Program-made: the position numbers and the translations under genes | The notes under the pieces: generated by a model | What the model was told of the DNA's origin: nothing | Database searches by the model: none | The model's input: the letters and a program-made list of their open reading frames with translations, nothing else | Shown: positions 9,299-20,126 of the stretch, piece after piece | How the letters are laid out: each line of letters begins with the position of its first letter | Numbering within the stretch: position 1 is the first letter of the stretch | Sequence record: ON529858.1 | Length of the DNA: 64,000 nucleotides | Strand: one strand, 5' to 3'

Positions 9299-10726
9299 TT
9301 ACAGTTGCGCGTCGATGCGTTCACGGATTTGGTCGATGGTGGTCTCGTCGAAGGTCGTGCCGTTCTCGAACACGATGCCGAGCATGTCATGGGCGACGAA
9401 CTCGTCGGGGCCGATGTTGACGGTCTCGAAAGACCCGTCGTCATGGCGGACGACGGCGAACCGGCCGGCCTTCGACGACTTGCCCGGATCGGTGATCGGG
9501 TCCTTGCGGATTTCCACGATCTGGTTGTTGATGAACATCTGCGCCGCCTTCATCGCCCACTTGGCGGTGTCACGGTCCATGTCCGCCATGGCGATGCCGC
9601 CGCCCGAGCCGACCATGATGCTGTCAGCCGCGATCCCGAGGTCTTCGGCGACGCGGAACGGCAGGTCACAGGTCGTCTCGTTGATGCCGTCGCCCCACAG
9701 GACTTTGACGCTGTCGAGCACCATGAAGCCCTTGGAGTTCAGCGTGCCGCCGAAGGCCGCCTTGATCTTCGGCAAGATGGCGCGCAGCACCTGCTCCATG
9801 TCGCCGCTGTCGGGGCGGATAACCAGGGTGATGCCGGCCGCCTTGATGTCGTCGGCGAGCGAGCACCACATATCGACGGCGTTGAAGATGTCCCAGGTGT
9901 CGGACACGATCGACAGGGGGTTGTCCCGGCGCCCCATGGCGCTGAGCAGGTGCTGGAACGTCTCGATCTTGTCGCCCTTGGCGTCGCGGCCGTAGGCGCA
10001 CATGATCGAGTGCTCGGTCGCCGAGATCGAGAAGCCCGACATCTTGGAGAAGTAGTGGGCGTTGCAGTCGCGCACGCCAGCCATCGAGTCCGAGCCCATG
10101 AAGGACGTCAGGTAGGCGGAGGCGGCGATCAGGTTGGCGTCGTAGCCGGCCACGCCCCGCGCCATGAAGTCGAGCAGCGCGAACGGGCTGACCGGGTTGT
10201 CCGAGGTGCGGTCGAACACGGCCTTGATGCGCTTCTTCATGCCGAAGACGCGCGTCGCCACGGTCGAGCCATACCAGATGTCGCGCAGCAGCATCGTCTC
10301 CAGGTAGGAGGTCAGCCAGGGGAACTCGGGGTCGGTGTTCTCCAGCGTCACCAGCGGCGTGCGGACGGTGACCAGCAGGCCTTCGTCGATCGCCTTGATG
10401 CGAACCGGGACCTGCCCGTTGTATTTGGCGAACATCGAGCGCCAGCCCTCGCCGTTGAAGACGACGCCGTGCTCGGCGCAGAAGGCCTCGGCTTCGTCGA
10501 CGTCAGCTAGGGTGAAGCCTTGTTGCAGCTTGTGGAGCACGCGCTGTAGGGCGAACAGCATCACCTCGGGGTAGATGCCGCCCCGGCTCTCGATGTAGCT
10601 GTAGACGTATTGGGTGCCGGGCGGGTAGCCCAGGAAGTGGCTGGCCTTGTAGCTGTCGCTGTCAAGGATGAGATTGTAGGTCGGCATCGTGAACGCCGTC
10701 CGGGTCGTCTCGGTCAGTGCAGGCAT
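9299..10726 (-). CDS. nadV: Nicotinamide phosphoribosyltransferase (alternative start 10687)
   Basis: DSDSYKASH, ATEHSIMC, SIVSDTWD, VIRPDSGD and DPITDPGKSSKAGR motifs. Confidence 0.92.
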   Translation of the reverse strand: MPALTETTRTAFTMPTYNLILDSDSYKASHFLGYPPGTQYVYSYIESRGGIYPEVMLFALQRVLHKLQQGFTLADVDEAEAFCAEHGVVFNGEGWRSMFAKYNGQVPVRIKAIDEGLLVTVRTPLVTLENTDPEFPWLTSYLETMLLRDIWYGSTVATRVFGMKKRIKAVFDRTSDNPVSPFALLDFMARGVAGYDANLIAASAYLTSFMGSDSMAGVRDCNAHYFSKMSGFSISATEHSIMCAYGRDAKGDKIETFQHLLSAMGRRDNPLSIVSDTWDIFNAVDMWCSLADDIKAAGITLVIRPDSGDMEQVLRAILPKIKAAFGGTLNSKGFMVLDSVKVLWGDGINETTCDLPFRVAEDLGIAADSIMVGSGGGIAMADMDRDTAKWAMKAAQMFINNQIVEIRKDPITDPGKSSKAGRFAVVRHDDGSFETVNIGPDEFVAHDMLGIVFENGTTFDETTIDQIRERIDAQL

Positions 10727-10737
10727 CGGTGGTCCCC

Positions 10738-11850
10738 TCAGAGGCAGGTGCGGATGAGGCGTTCAATCACGAACGCATGATCTTCAAAGAACTCGTCGGC
10801 CTTGACCTCGGAGATGGGAAGCCAGAAGGCTTCGGCGGCGTCGTCGTTGGCCTTGACTTCCGGCAAGCGGTAGTCGTCGGGCAGTTTGAACAGGAAGGCG
10901 TGGGTGATCACGCGGCCCCGGCGAGAGCGGTTCGGATCGCCGAAGACGTCTCGGCCGCGCATGTGGGTGTGGAGCATCCGGCGCCGTTCGTCGGTGATGT
11001 AGTTGTCCCGCACGAGGTGGGAGAACAGCATCGTCTCTTCGAAGCACTCGCGCACCGCGCCGTCCAGCAGCGTCTCATGCGGCTCCAGGTGTCCGCCGGG
11101 GATGGCGAGCATCCCGGTCCCGTATCGGCCGCCGCGCCGGATCACCAGGACGTGCCCGGACTGGATGACGACGGCGTCGACGGTGGTGTGCGGCTCCTTG
11201 TGGCCCCACTCCGCCCGGTAGTCGATCTCGGCCTTGCGGTCGTCCATCAGGCGGCCATAGAACGACGTGCCCCGGAACTTGTCGAGGAAGGCGATCGTCT
11301 CGGGCGGCACGACCTGGGGCCAGACCGGGCCAGAGTCTTTCCAGGCGTTGTCGTGGAAGTTGACCCCGCCGGCGAAGTAGGCTTCGCGCAGACCGGTCGA
11401 GGCGATGTCGCCGGCCAGGGCGCCGGTCGGCTCATAGGTCCATTGCGGGAACAGCTTGAGATAGTAGGACGTCGCGTCCCGGTCGTTGCCCGTCAGGCAG
11501 ACGCGCGGACGCAGCATCGGGGCGGCGTGCAGCTTGACCAGCGTCTGGACCTGTTCGATCCACTCCTGAAGGTCGTAGGGACTGTCGGGCAGCGGCGCGA
11601 TCGTGATGCGCTGGCCGGCGGTGGTGTCGAAGCCGTCTCGGAAGAAGGCGGCGCCGTCGAGGGCATCGCGGATCATGCCGCGCCGCTCTTCATAGGTGAA
11701 GGGGTTGCGGGTGTCGCGGGCGAGGTTGGCGGAGCCGACCAGGATCAGCACCTTGTCGGCGCGCTCCAGGGCCTTCTCGATGACGGCGAGGTGGCCGTTG
11801 TGGAACGGCTGGAAGCGACCGATGAGGACCGCCATGTCGTAGCGGGTCAT
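10738..11850 (-). CDS. nadM: Bifunctional NMN adenylyltransferase / ADP-ribose pyrophosphatase (NadM-Nudix)
   Basis: [10 protein letters not shown] (HxGH), RNPFTYEER and Nudix box [22 protein letters not shown]; adjacent to NAMPT. Confidence 0.92.
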   Translation of the reverse strand: MTRYDMAVLIGRFQPFHNGHLAVIEKALERADKVLILVGSANLARDTRNPFTYEERRGMIRDALDGAAFFRDGFDTTAGQRITIAPLPDSPYDLQEWIEQVQTLVKLHAAPMLRPRVCLTGNDRDATSYYLKLFPQWTYEPTGALAGDIASTGLREAYFAGGVNFHDNAWKDSGPVWPQVVPPETIAFLDKFRGTSFYGRLMDDRKAEIDYRAEWGHKEPHTTVDAVVIQSGHVLVIRRGGRYGTGMLAIPGGHLEPHETLLDGAVRECFEETMLFSHLVRDNYITDERRRMLHTHMRGRDVFGDPNRSRRGRVITHAFLFKLPDDYRLPEVKANDDAAEAFWLPISEVKADEFFEDHAFVIERLIRTCL

Positions 11851-14026
11851 TGGTGTCTCCGGTTCTTTGGTCTGCAACGCTTGATCCCCTCTTCTTGATA
11901 GCAGTCGTTTCGGCCGTTGTAGCCGAAGTGGTCCGCGTGAGCCCAAGGAATGATCGTCCCCAGGCGGATGTCGAACACCTCCTGACCGATGCGGCCCTTG
12001 GGGGTGTTAAAGTCGATGACCAGTTCGATGAAGTCGCCTGAGACTTCACCCAGGAACAGCCGGCGCCGCGCCCAGACGATCGCCGCGCCCAGGTGCTTGA
12101 ACTGGCGCTCGATCAGGTGGTCCTTGTAGTGGGCGCCGGGCGTCCGATCGAACTCGGGGTCCATGAAGCGCAGGGTGTAGGTCTCTTCCCCCGGCTCGAT
12201 CTTCATCAGCACCGGCGGCAGGATTTCCCCATTCAGTCCGGTGGTCTCGATGTCCATCACCAGCCGCGCCTTTCGAGGGCGCAGGCGGTGCGCTCCTGGG
12301 GTCTTCAAACTGTAGCTGGTCATCGTCATTGATCATGACGTCTAGGGGTCGAATCGGCCCCTGTCAACACATAGCCTCACTCACAGGACGATGAGTTTGG
12401 ACCTCTTCGTAGTAGGCCTCGCAGAGCAGCGCCGCGTCGAAGCAGGCGTCGACGATCTCGCTCGCCAGGATGACCTCGTAAGACTTCGCGGCGATCTTGA
12501 GCGTGGGGATGCGGGGCATGTAGGTCTTCAGCTTCTCGGTCAGACCCTTCAGCCGATCAACGTGATCCTTGAAGCGCCGGATCAGCCGCCGATGGGATGT
12601 GGGGCCGCTCAGGTGCGCCTCATCCAGCATGGTCAGTTCGGTGGCGAGCGCCTTCTTCTTGCGGATGTTGAAGTCGGTGGCGAAGTTCTCGACGACCTCG
12701 ATCTCCCAGGCGAGCGACTGAGCGTCCCGCATGAGGTTGCGCAGTTCCGCCTCGGGGAGACCCCGAGGCGGACAGCGGCACACGTCGATCGCGCCATTCA
12801 GAGCCGCGCGGGCGCGGCCGATGACGACGTCAAAAGAGATGAGCGCCAAGGCTAGGTCAGCGGCGGTGCTTGGGTGGCGGCCTCGGCGTTGACTTCAGCA
12901 GCCGTGGCTTCGGCGATCGCCTCCAGGGCGTCGGGCTCTTCGATCTGCTCGTAGCCCTGTTCGAAGTCCTTGCCGGCGACGACGAAGACCTTGCCGGGCT
13001 GATCGTCATGGGCCGGCTGGTGGACCAGATAGTCGCCCCAGCGGCAGGTCGTGGTGCCTTCGGACGTCGGGACCAGAAGCTGGCCGACCGCGTCACGAGC
13101 GATGACTTGCTCGCCCATGGGGCCGGTAGCGGAGTGCTGCTGCGCCCAGGCAGGCAGGGTGTCGACGCGCTCGCCGTTGAAGCGGATGGCGTCGACTTCG
13201 GCGGCGCGGAGGCGGTATCGGGGCATGGGAATCCTTTTCTATGCCGGGGTGGATTTGCGGAACAGGGTGTTGGCGAGGACGCGGGTCTCCTGGACGATCT
13301 GGCTGATCTTCTTCAGGACCAGGGCGTCGTCGAAGTCGTCTTCGTTCAACATCTTGGCGAGGTTGTTCGCCATCAGTAAGACGGCGTCGACCTCGGCCAG
13401 CTTGCCGACGGCCGTGAAGCCGAGAGCGAGTTCGTGAGCGACCAGCTTGGCGGACATCTGGCGCTGGGTTTCGATCGACCAGATCGTCTCGGCCGACATC
13501 TTCTTCAAGATCGCGAAGGTCGGGTCGCACAGGACCTGGAGCATCGGCTGGATGGTGAGATCGTCGGGATCGTTCAGGCGATCACCCCACTTGACCTGAA
13601 CAAACTCGCTCAGAAGGACATAGGCCCGGTCGGCAGCGGCGCGGCGGCGCACATGGACGGCGGCGCGCATCTTGGCGACGGTGGTGATCGAGCCGACCGT
13701 CAGGGTGAAGGCGCCGGCGACGACCGCGAACATGAAGCCCGCACCGATCCCGGCGGGCGTATAGGGCATCCCGGTCAGGACATTGAAGAGCAGGCCGCAG
13801 ACCACGGCGCCCAGGAAGCCAACGGCGAAGAAGCCGGCGATCGCGCGGATCGGCATCAGGCGGCGCGCTTCTTGTCGGGCGAGACGGCGATCACGGCCAG
13901 CAGGACGGAGATGCCCGCCATGATGTAGGTGCCGGGGAAGATGCCGACCGTCGAGGCGCGGAAGATCACGGCTCCAATGATCGCCAGGGCGGCGCCAAGA
14001 AGGGCCGCACGGTAGTGGTTGCTCAA
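11847..14026 (-). CDS. Hypothetical genes (11847-12329, 12364-12849, 12852-13226, 13239-13856, 13856-14026)
   Basis: Consecutive - strand ORFs. 13856-14026 is a 56-aa hydrophobic ORF missing from the track (TTG start, AAGGAG RBS). Confidence 0.55.
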
Positions 14027-14099
14027 GGGGTGTCTCCTTTACCGGGTGTCGTCATCCGCGACTTAGACCGGTGAAACACCCCCTGTCAACACAAAGGGT

Positions 14100-14684
14100 C
14101 TAGTCTTTTGCCTGCACGGCTTCAGCGCGCAGGGTGGGCTCGGGCACGACTTCGCTCCCTGCGGCGACCAGGGCGGCCTCGGCCGCCTCGTAGGCCCGTT
14201 CCAGGCGGTCCCAGAGTGGCTTGATGACATGGTTGCGGCAGACCTCGCGGAAGCGGGCGCGCTCCTTCAGATACATCTTCGCCATGCCGATGTTGACCTG
14301 CCCGGTGCCAGGGTCCTTGACGGACGCCTCGACGTTGGCGATGCGGTCGGCGACCTTCAGGGTGCAGGCGCGGGGATACTCCGCCAGCTTGGCGTAGATC
14401 GACTCGTTGCGCGCCTTACGGTTGGGGCCGATGCCGGAGACGGCCCAGACCAGGAGGGTCACGTCGGCGCCGAACTTCTTGCGCACGATCTCCCGGCGCT
14501 CTTCCGGCGTCAGGTCCTTCATGGTGTCTTCGATCACGTCGTGCAGGCGCGCCGCCGCGATCCAGTCTTCACCGGTGAAGCCGAACTCCTTCAGGATGCC
14601 TTCGACCTTCTCCAGATGGTAGCTATAGGGCAGGCCAGCGTATTGCTGGTCACCGTGGGCCTCGGCGGCGAACTTGGCGGGCAT
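14100..14684 (-). CDS. HD-domain hydrolase, SpoT/Mesh1-like
   Basis: AAEAHGDQ.Y..LPY..H...V, AAARLHDVIEDT and KVADRIANV. Confidence 0.85.
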   Translation of the reverse strand: MPAKFAAEAHGDQQYAGLPYSYHLEKVEGILKEFGFTGEDWIAAARLHDVIEDTMKDLTPEERREIVRKKFGADVTLLVWAVSGIGPNRKARNESIYAKLAEYPRACTLKVADRIANVEASVKDPGTGQVNIGMAKMYLKERARFREVCRNHVIKPLWDRLERAYEAAEAALVAAGSEVVPEPTLRAEAVQAKD

Positions 14685-14685
14685 G

Positions 14686-15682
14686 TCAGTTCCTAGACTT
14701 GGGGTTGAGACTATGGACGCGCCGACCGAGCGACGCAAGTTGATCGGGGACGCCGCGCGTCGCCCACATCAGGAGCATCACCAGATAGGCGAGAAAGGTG
14801 ATCGGCCAGCACCATGCGAGGGACGCGCCCCGCCCCAGCCAGCGCTTGACCGAGACGCGGTTCTTGACCCAGCCGTTCCACATTCCCCAGAGCGTGTGAA
14901 CGCACAGGAAGGCCAGACCGATCCCGATGTAGGCGAGGAAGAAGGCGACCGGTCCCATCATCGACTTCCTGGTCCGGACCAGTCGTCGGTCTTGTTGTCC
15001 TTGTAGATTTCGGCCTGGACCTCACGCAGCACGGCGAGCGCCCGGTCCGCGCCGACCAGGGCGACGATGCCGTAGGCGGCGGCCTTGATCTGGGCCTTGA
15101 AAACGGTCTCGCTCATGCTGGCCCCGCCAGTTGGGTGATGGTCTCGCCCCGCTTCTCGTCGGTGACGTCCTTGACCGCGCCCAGGTCGATCACAAGAGGC
15201 TCGAACACCTCGTAGCCGTCGATCACCCGCATGATGTGGGTCGGCGGGAAGTTCGGGTTGTAGCGGTGGTAGCCGGCGCCGCCTCCGTCCAGCATAGCCC
15301 CGCACGGATGGGTGACGTAGTCGTGTCGGCCGCGAGAGACCAGGAACTCGCCGGCCGTGATCTCGATCGCCGGGAACTCGATGTCCCGCAGCTTGGCGGC
15401 CGACGTGATGTAAGGGAGGCCGGGCTCGCCGTCCAAGCCGTGGCGGATGAACAGGCCGAAGTAGTTGTCGTGGCCCAGGCTGCGATCCGGGTTGTCCGTC
15501 CAGAAGACGGCGATGCTCTGCCCGGAAGCGTTGGGGTCATAGACGCCGACGTAGCGCGCGTTGTATTTTTCCTCGACCACGGCGACCTTGAAGCCCAGGA
15601 CGACCTCGGGCTTCTTCAACGGCGGCTGATAGGTCCCCTCGACGGCCTGGGTGTTCGAGGTGGCGGGCTGTTGATCGGTCAT
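14686..15682 (-). CDS. Hypothetical genes (14686-14961 membrane, 14958-15116, 15113-15682)
   Basis: Coupled ORFs. Confidence 0.55.
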
Positions 15683-16185
15683 GCGACTCTCAGGAACTCG
15701 CCATGGTGCGGCAAGGCGGCGGACAGGTAGGCGGCGTGGGCTTCCTCGGCCGTCGCGTGACAGCCCAGATAACGGTAGACCCCGTCGATGGTGACCTGGG
15801 CCTGGAAGGGCTTGGTCTTCGACCGGGAGGCGGTGACGCCCTTCGGCAGCGGGCCGGTGTTGGGGCGGTTCGCCAGATTGTTCGAGCGGGTGGCGTGCCG
15901 CAGGTTCTTGAGCCGGTTGTTCGACCGGTTCAGGTCCTTGTGGTCCACCTCCAGCGTGGGGTGATGGCCGTGATGGAGAGCCCAGGCCAGACGATGCGCG
16001 CCGAACTGGATGCGCCTTCCGTTGAACGTGACCTTGAGGACGCGGTAGCCCTTGTCGTCGATGTAGCCGGCCTCTCGGCCGATCAGCTTCGACGGCCCCT
16101 GACGGTAGGTGATCGCCCCCGTCAGGGGATGGTAGGCGTAGCGCTCGCGCAGCCAGTCAACGGGGATAAGCCCGCAGTCCGACAT
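15679..16185 (-). CDS. Free-standing HNH endonuclease with C-terminal AP2 domain
   Basis: AHRLAW..VDHKDLNRSNNRLKNLR.AT..N and KGV......FQAQV......YLG....EEA..AY. Confidence 0.9.
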   Translation of the reverse strand: MSDCGLIPVDWLRERYAYHPLTGAITYRQGPSKLIGREAGYIDDKGYRVLKVTFNGRRIQFGAHRLAWALHHGHHPTLEVDHKDLNRSNNRLKNLRHATRSNNLANRPNTGPLPKGVTASRSKTKPFQAQVTIDGVYRYLGCHATAEEAHAAYLSAALPHHGEFLRVA

Positions 16186-16188
16186 GGT

Positions 16189-17258
16189 CTATGCAGCAGC
16201 CTTGGCGTCGATCCGGGCCTTGATCTTCTTGGCGATCCAGACGGCGCCCAGGGTCAGGAAGAACAGCGGCCAGACGAACAGGGCGCATAGGGAGAAGGCG
16301 ACCAGCCGGACGATCCAGCCCTCGTGATTGGTTACGGTCTCCTTCGACCCATAGCGGGTGATCTCCTTGGGCTCCGGCTTCATGAAGACGAAGATGTAGG
16401 CGAAGGTGCAGAGCGCCAGGACGACGCCGATGAGGAAGTAGAACATCAGGTGGACTTTTTCTTGAACGTGAGGCGGGTGAGAAGGATGGCGCCGGCGATG
16501 GCGGCGAGGGGGACGACAACGCCCCAGGCGAGGATCAGAATGATGAAGACCATGATCGTCACGGCGAAAATCGTGCCCGGTCCGTCGTTCTTGAAGGTCT
16601 TGTCAGCGAAGCCGAGCAGGCATCCATTGACGATCAGCGCCATGACGAAACCGGTGAAGAGATACGCGCCCATGGTCAGTCCTTCTTGTCGGGGTCGTAG
16701 ATGCCGGCGATCGAGCCGTCGGCGTTGCGGAACTCCATCAGCGGGAGGCCCGAGATGTAGATGGGAACGAAGCGGTCATAGACGCGCTGCTGGACCCAGA
16801 TGTCGCCCGTCTCGGCGACCTGCTTGCGCTCGATCTCGGTCAGCTTCCAGCGCGAGATCATGCCCTCGGGGCCGGCGAAGGCCTTAAGCTGGCCGACCTT
16901 GTGCTCATCGCCCTGCGCGGGGTTCAGCGTGACGTTGGAGCCGTTGAAGTCTTCAGGAATCGCCACGGGCGAACCTCCGGTGGATGTATTGCAACGAAAA
17001 GACGAGGCTGGCCCCCACCGCAAGAGCGGCGGCGAGCAAGGCGAACAGGGGCAGGGCGCCCCAGAACATGCCGCCGGCGGCGATCCCCGCCACGGTGAAG
17101 ATCAGCACCCCGACATAGCCCATGGCCTCCCTGGGGTCCGGCTCGTATTCCCGCCAGCCCAGCCAAGCGCCGAGTCCGCCTCCGCCGAGCATGAACAGGG
17201 CGCAGGCCCAGACGTAGAGACCGTCAAAGGGCATCATCAGATCAGCCCCGCCGCGCAC
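16189..17258 (-). CDS. Small, mostly membrane, hypothetical genes (16189-16446, 16446-16673, 16676-~16966, 16953-17258)
   Basis: Hydrophobic coupled ORFs. Confidence 0.55.
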
Positions 17259-17632
17259 TTCGCGTCGTCTTTGGCGAGCGCCTTGGACTCGTCGCGGCCC
17301 CGGAAACGCAGCAGCGCATTGGTGTGGCAGCTATCGACCGACAGGCCCAGGTTCTCCGCCAGCACGTCGAGGCAGAAGGTGACGTCGCCGATCTCGACCT
17401 TGGTGTCGCCGACGGGACGGCTGGCGACGTAGGCGCCGACCATGTTGAAGTCCTCCAGCGACAGGCCCTGGGTCTGAGCCAGTTCCATCGCTTCCTCCAG
17501 GAAGCGCAGCGCCTGATAGCGCGTGCCCTTGACGCGAGGGCCATAGATTTTCTCGACCCACGCCATGGCGGAGGCCTGACGCTTGTTCAGGCGATCGTGG
17601 GTGATCTCGACGACGTTGCAGTCAGCGGTCAT
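17237..17632 (-). CDS. MazG-like nucleotide pyrophosphohydrolase
   Basis: RFLEEAMEL...EIGDV..CL..LA acidic helices. Confidence 0.65.
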   Translation of the reverse strand: MTADCNVVEITHDRLNKRQASAMAWVEKIYGPRVKGTRYQALRFLEEAMELAQTQGLSLEDFNMVGAYVASRPVGDTKVEIGDVTFCLDVLAENLGLSVDSCHTNALLRFRGRDESKALAKDDAKCAAGLI

Positions 17633-17687
17633 TGGCGGGCTCGGGCTCCGGGGGGTTCCAGTTGATCCAGTCGACGACGTCCACGGC

Positions 17688-17882
17688 TTACCACCAGCCG
17701 AAGAGCAGGCCCCAGCCGTGGATGACGCCGAGCGGGGCTGCGATCGCGCCGGCGATCAGCAAGAGCCATTCCTGGGTCTTGATGCAGTGGACGACGTGCG
17801 TGATCCAGCCGGCGAAGCTGGCGACGATCACGGCGAGCCAGATCAGGCAACCGATGGCGCCGGGGTTCGAGCGAGAGGTCAT
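17688..17882 (-). CDS. Small membrane protein
   Basis: 64-aa ORF with two hydrophobic segments. Confidence 0.55.
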   Translation of the reverse strand: MTSRSNPGAIGCLIWLAVIVASFAGWITHVVHCIKTQEWLLLIAGAIAAPLGVIHGWGLLFGWW

Positions 17883-17922
17883 GCGAAGGTCTTTCGGGTT
17901 GGTGGCGTGGACGCCAAGGGGG

Positions 17923-19161
17923 TTAGCCCTTGACGCACACGATCTGCTTGAGGATGGCGACGACTTCGATCTGGCCGCTGGCGACCTGGATGTCGATGAC
18001 GTCGTCGATGGACTTGTAGGCGTTCGGGATTTCGTCGATCACCCCGGCGTCCTTGCGGCATTCCACGCCCTTCGTCGCTTCAGCCAGATCGGCTTCCGAG
18101 AACTGAGCCTTGGCCTGGGTGCGCGACATCGTCCGGCCGGCCCCGTGGGAGCACGAGCAGAAACTGTCGGCGTTGCCCTTGCCGCGAACGATGAAGGACT
18201 TGGCGCCCATCGAGCCGGGGATGATCCCGAGTTCATCCACGCCGGCGCGCACGGCGCCCTTGCGGGTGACCCACAGGTCCTCACCGAAGTGGCGCTCCTT
18301 CTCGACGTAGTTGTGGTGGCAGTTGACGGCCTGGGTGTCGGTCTGGAACGGCGGCAGGATCGACCGCATGACGCGCAAGACGTTGTGCATCATCATCTCG
18401 CGATTCACGCGCGCGAAGTCCTGGCCCCAGCCGACCGCCTCGACATAATCGTCGAACTCTTGCTCGCCTTCGCTGAACCACGCGAGGTCCTTGTCGAGCG
18501 GCTTTTGCCCGTCGCGCTTCAGCATCATCTCCTTCGCCTTGGCGATGAAGGTGCGACCGATCACGTTGCCGACGCCGCGCGAGCCAGAGTGCAGCATGAC
18601 CCAGACGCGGTCTTCCCGGTCCAGGCAGACTTCGATGAAGTGGTTGCCGCCGCCCAGGGTCCCGAGTTGCGTCACCGACGCCGCCTTCTCGAACTCCGGA
18701 TACTTCTCGCAGAGCAGCTTGAAGCGCGCCTCCAGACCCTTTTCGGTCCAGGCCTTCATGACGGGATTCGGGATGCCGTAGCGGCCGGGCTCCTGCCACG
18801 AGCCATGAACGCCCGGTCCGCCATGCGGAACCGCGCCTTCGATCAGGGACCGCAGCTTCTCCAGGTTGTCAGGCAGGTCGAGCGAGGTCAGCGTCGTGCG
18901 GATCGCCATCATGCCGCAGCCGATGTCGACGCCGACGGCGGACGGAATGATGGCGCCACGGGTCGGGATCACCGAGCCCACGGTCGCGCCGTATCCCATG
19001 TGGACGTCCGGCATCAGGGCGATGTGAGGGCCGACGATCTTCAAGGCGGCGACGTTGTGCGCCTGCACCTGGGCCGCGTGTTCGAAGCCGACCTCAATGC
19101 CGCCGGGGGCGTCGAGGAAGGCCTTGATCAGACCGCCGTGCCAACCATTGATCTCTTGCAC
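17923..19161 (-). CDS. rtcB: RNA ligase RtcB
   Basis: MPDVHMGYG, VGVDIGCGM, LGTLGGGNHFIE, HSGSRG, HNYVE, RKGA, SHGAGR and DEIPNAYK. Confidence 0.95.
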   Translation of the reverse strand: MQEINGWHGGLIKAFLDAPGGIEVGFEHAAQVQAHNVAALKIVGPHIALMPDVHMGYGATVGSVIPTRGAIIPSAVGVDIGCGMMAIRTTLTSLDLPDNLEKLRSLIEGAVPHGGPGVHGSWQEPGRYGIPNPVMKAWTEKGLEARFKLLCEKYPEFEKAASVTQLGTLGGGNHFIEVCLDREDRVWVMLHSGSRGVGNVIGRTFIAKAKEMMLKRDGQKPLDKDLAWFSEGEQEFDDYVEAVGWGQDFARVNREMMMHNVLRVMRSILPPFQTDTQAVNCHHNYVEKERHFGEDLWVTRKGAVRAGVDELGIIPGSMGAKSFIVRGKGNADSFCSCSHGAGRTMSRTQAKAQFSEADLAEATKGVECRKDAGVIDEIPNAYKSIDDVIDIQVASGQIEVVAILKQIVCVKG

Positions 19162-19195
19162 GACAGCCTCCTTGGTCTACGTCGTTGATCCTGAC

Positions 19196-19223
19196 GTTCT
19201 AGGGCATTCATCACGCTTGTCAA
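19196..19223 (-). promoter_or_regulatory. Phage promoter for rtcB
   Basis: Minus strand reads GCGTTGACA, spacer, TAGAAC, then ACGAC and AAGGAGG. Confidence 0.65.
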
Positions 19224-19236
19224 CGCTTCGACAAAG

Positions 19237-19266
19237 AAAAAGGCCCGCCGGTTTCCCGGCGGGCCT
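19237..19266 (-). terminator. Intrinsic terminator after the SPFH gene
   Basis: 11-bp stem AGGCCCGCCGG with GAAA loop (minus strand), then a U-run. Confidence 0.85.
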
Positions 19267-19289
19267 CGTCTCAGTCCGACGGCTGCGTC

Positions 19290-20123
19290 TTAGCGGCCGG
19301 CGGGGATGTTGATGAACGGCGTGGCGCCCGAACCGGTGACGGTCGGCAGCTTGCCGTCCCACTTCGCGATCGCCTGCTGTTGCAGGATCGCCGGAGACAG
19401 TTCACGGCTGCGGAGGCGATAGGCCTCGGCGTCGCCGGTAGCGATGGCGATCTTCTCGCGGGCCTGGGCCTCGGCGACGGCAACGCGGGCGTTGGCGGCG
19501 TTGACCTGTTGGTCGGCCTGGGTGCGCAGGGTGATCGCCTCGGTGATGACCGGCGGGAAGCGGATGGCGCCGATCCAGTCCAGTTGCGAGATCACGATGC
19601 CGTCCGCCGCCCACTTGCGTTGAACGCGGGCGAAGGCGCGACGAATGATCTCCTGGCGACCACCGGCCAGCAGTTGATCGACGCCGACCTGCTCGGTCTC
19701 CGCCGCGATCGCGGTGCGGATGTCGTTGCGGATCGGGCCGTCCAGCAGTTGATCGAAGGTCAGCCGATACTTCGTGTAGAGTTTCGGCAGGGTCGCCAGT
19801 TGCGGGGCGAGCACGATCTGGACGTCGGCCGTCATGGCGAGGCCGGTGCGGTCGGTGAACGAGATTTCCTCGTTCTCGGCGCCGCGCTCGTCCGGCTCAC
19901 GGGTGTAGGTGTAGGTCCGCTGGATCGTCGGATATTGCTCGATCCGTTCGACCATCGGCATCGCGCCGTGCCAGCCCGAGCCCAGGGCGCGTTCTTGGAC
20001 GCCGCCGGCGAGGTTGTTGATCTTGACGCCGCCGTTACCGGCTTCGACAGTCTTGCCGCACGCGGCGGTGGTCAGGGCGATGGCGGCAAGTGCCCCGATC
20101 GCCAGGAAACGCTTGATGTTCAA
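19290..20123 (-). CDS. SPFH/band 7 (prohibitin-like) lipoprotein
   Basis: Lipobox LTTAAC, VEAGNGGVK and a C-terminal coiled coil ending AIAKWDGKLP. Confidence 0.85.
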   Translation of the reverse strand: MNIKRFLAIGALAAIALTTAACGKTVEAGNGGVKINNLAGGVQERALGSGWHGAMPMVERIEQYPTIQRTYTYTREPDERGAENEEISFTDRTGLAMTADVQIVLAPQLATLPKLYTKYRLTFDQLLDGPIRNDIRTAIAAETEQVGVDQLLAGGRQEIIRRAFARVQRKWAADGIVISQLDWIGAIRFPPVITEAITLRTQADQQVNAANARVAVAEAQAREKIAIATGDAEAYRLRSRELSPAILQQQAIAKWDGKLPTVTGSGATPFINIPAGR

Positions 20124-20126
20124 GGG

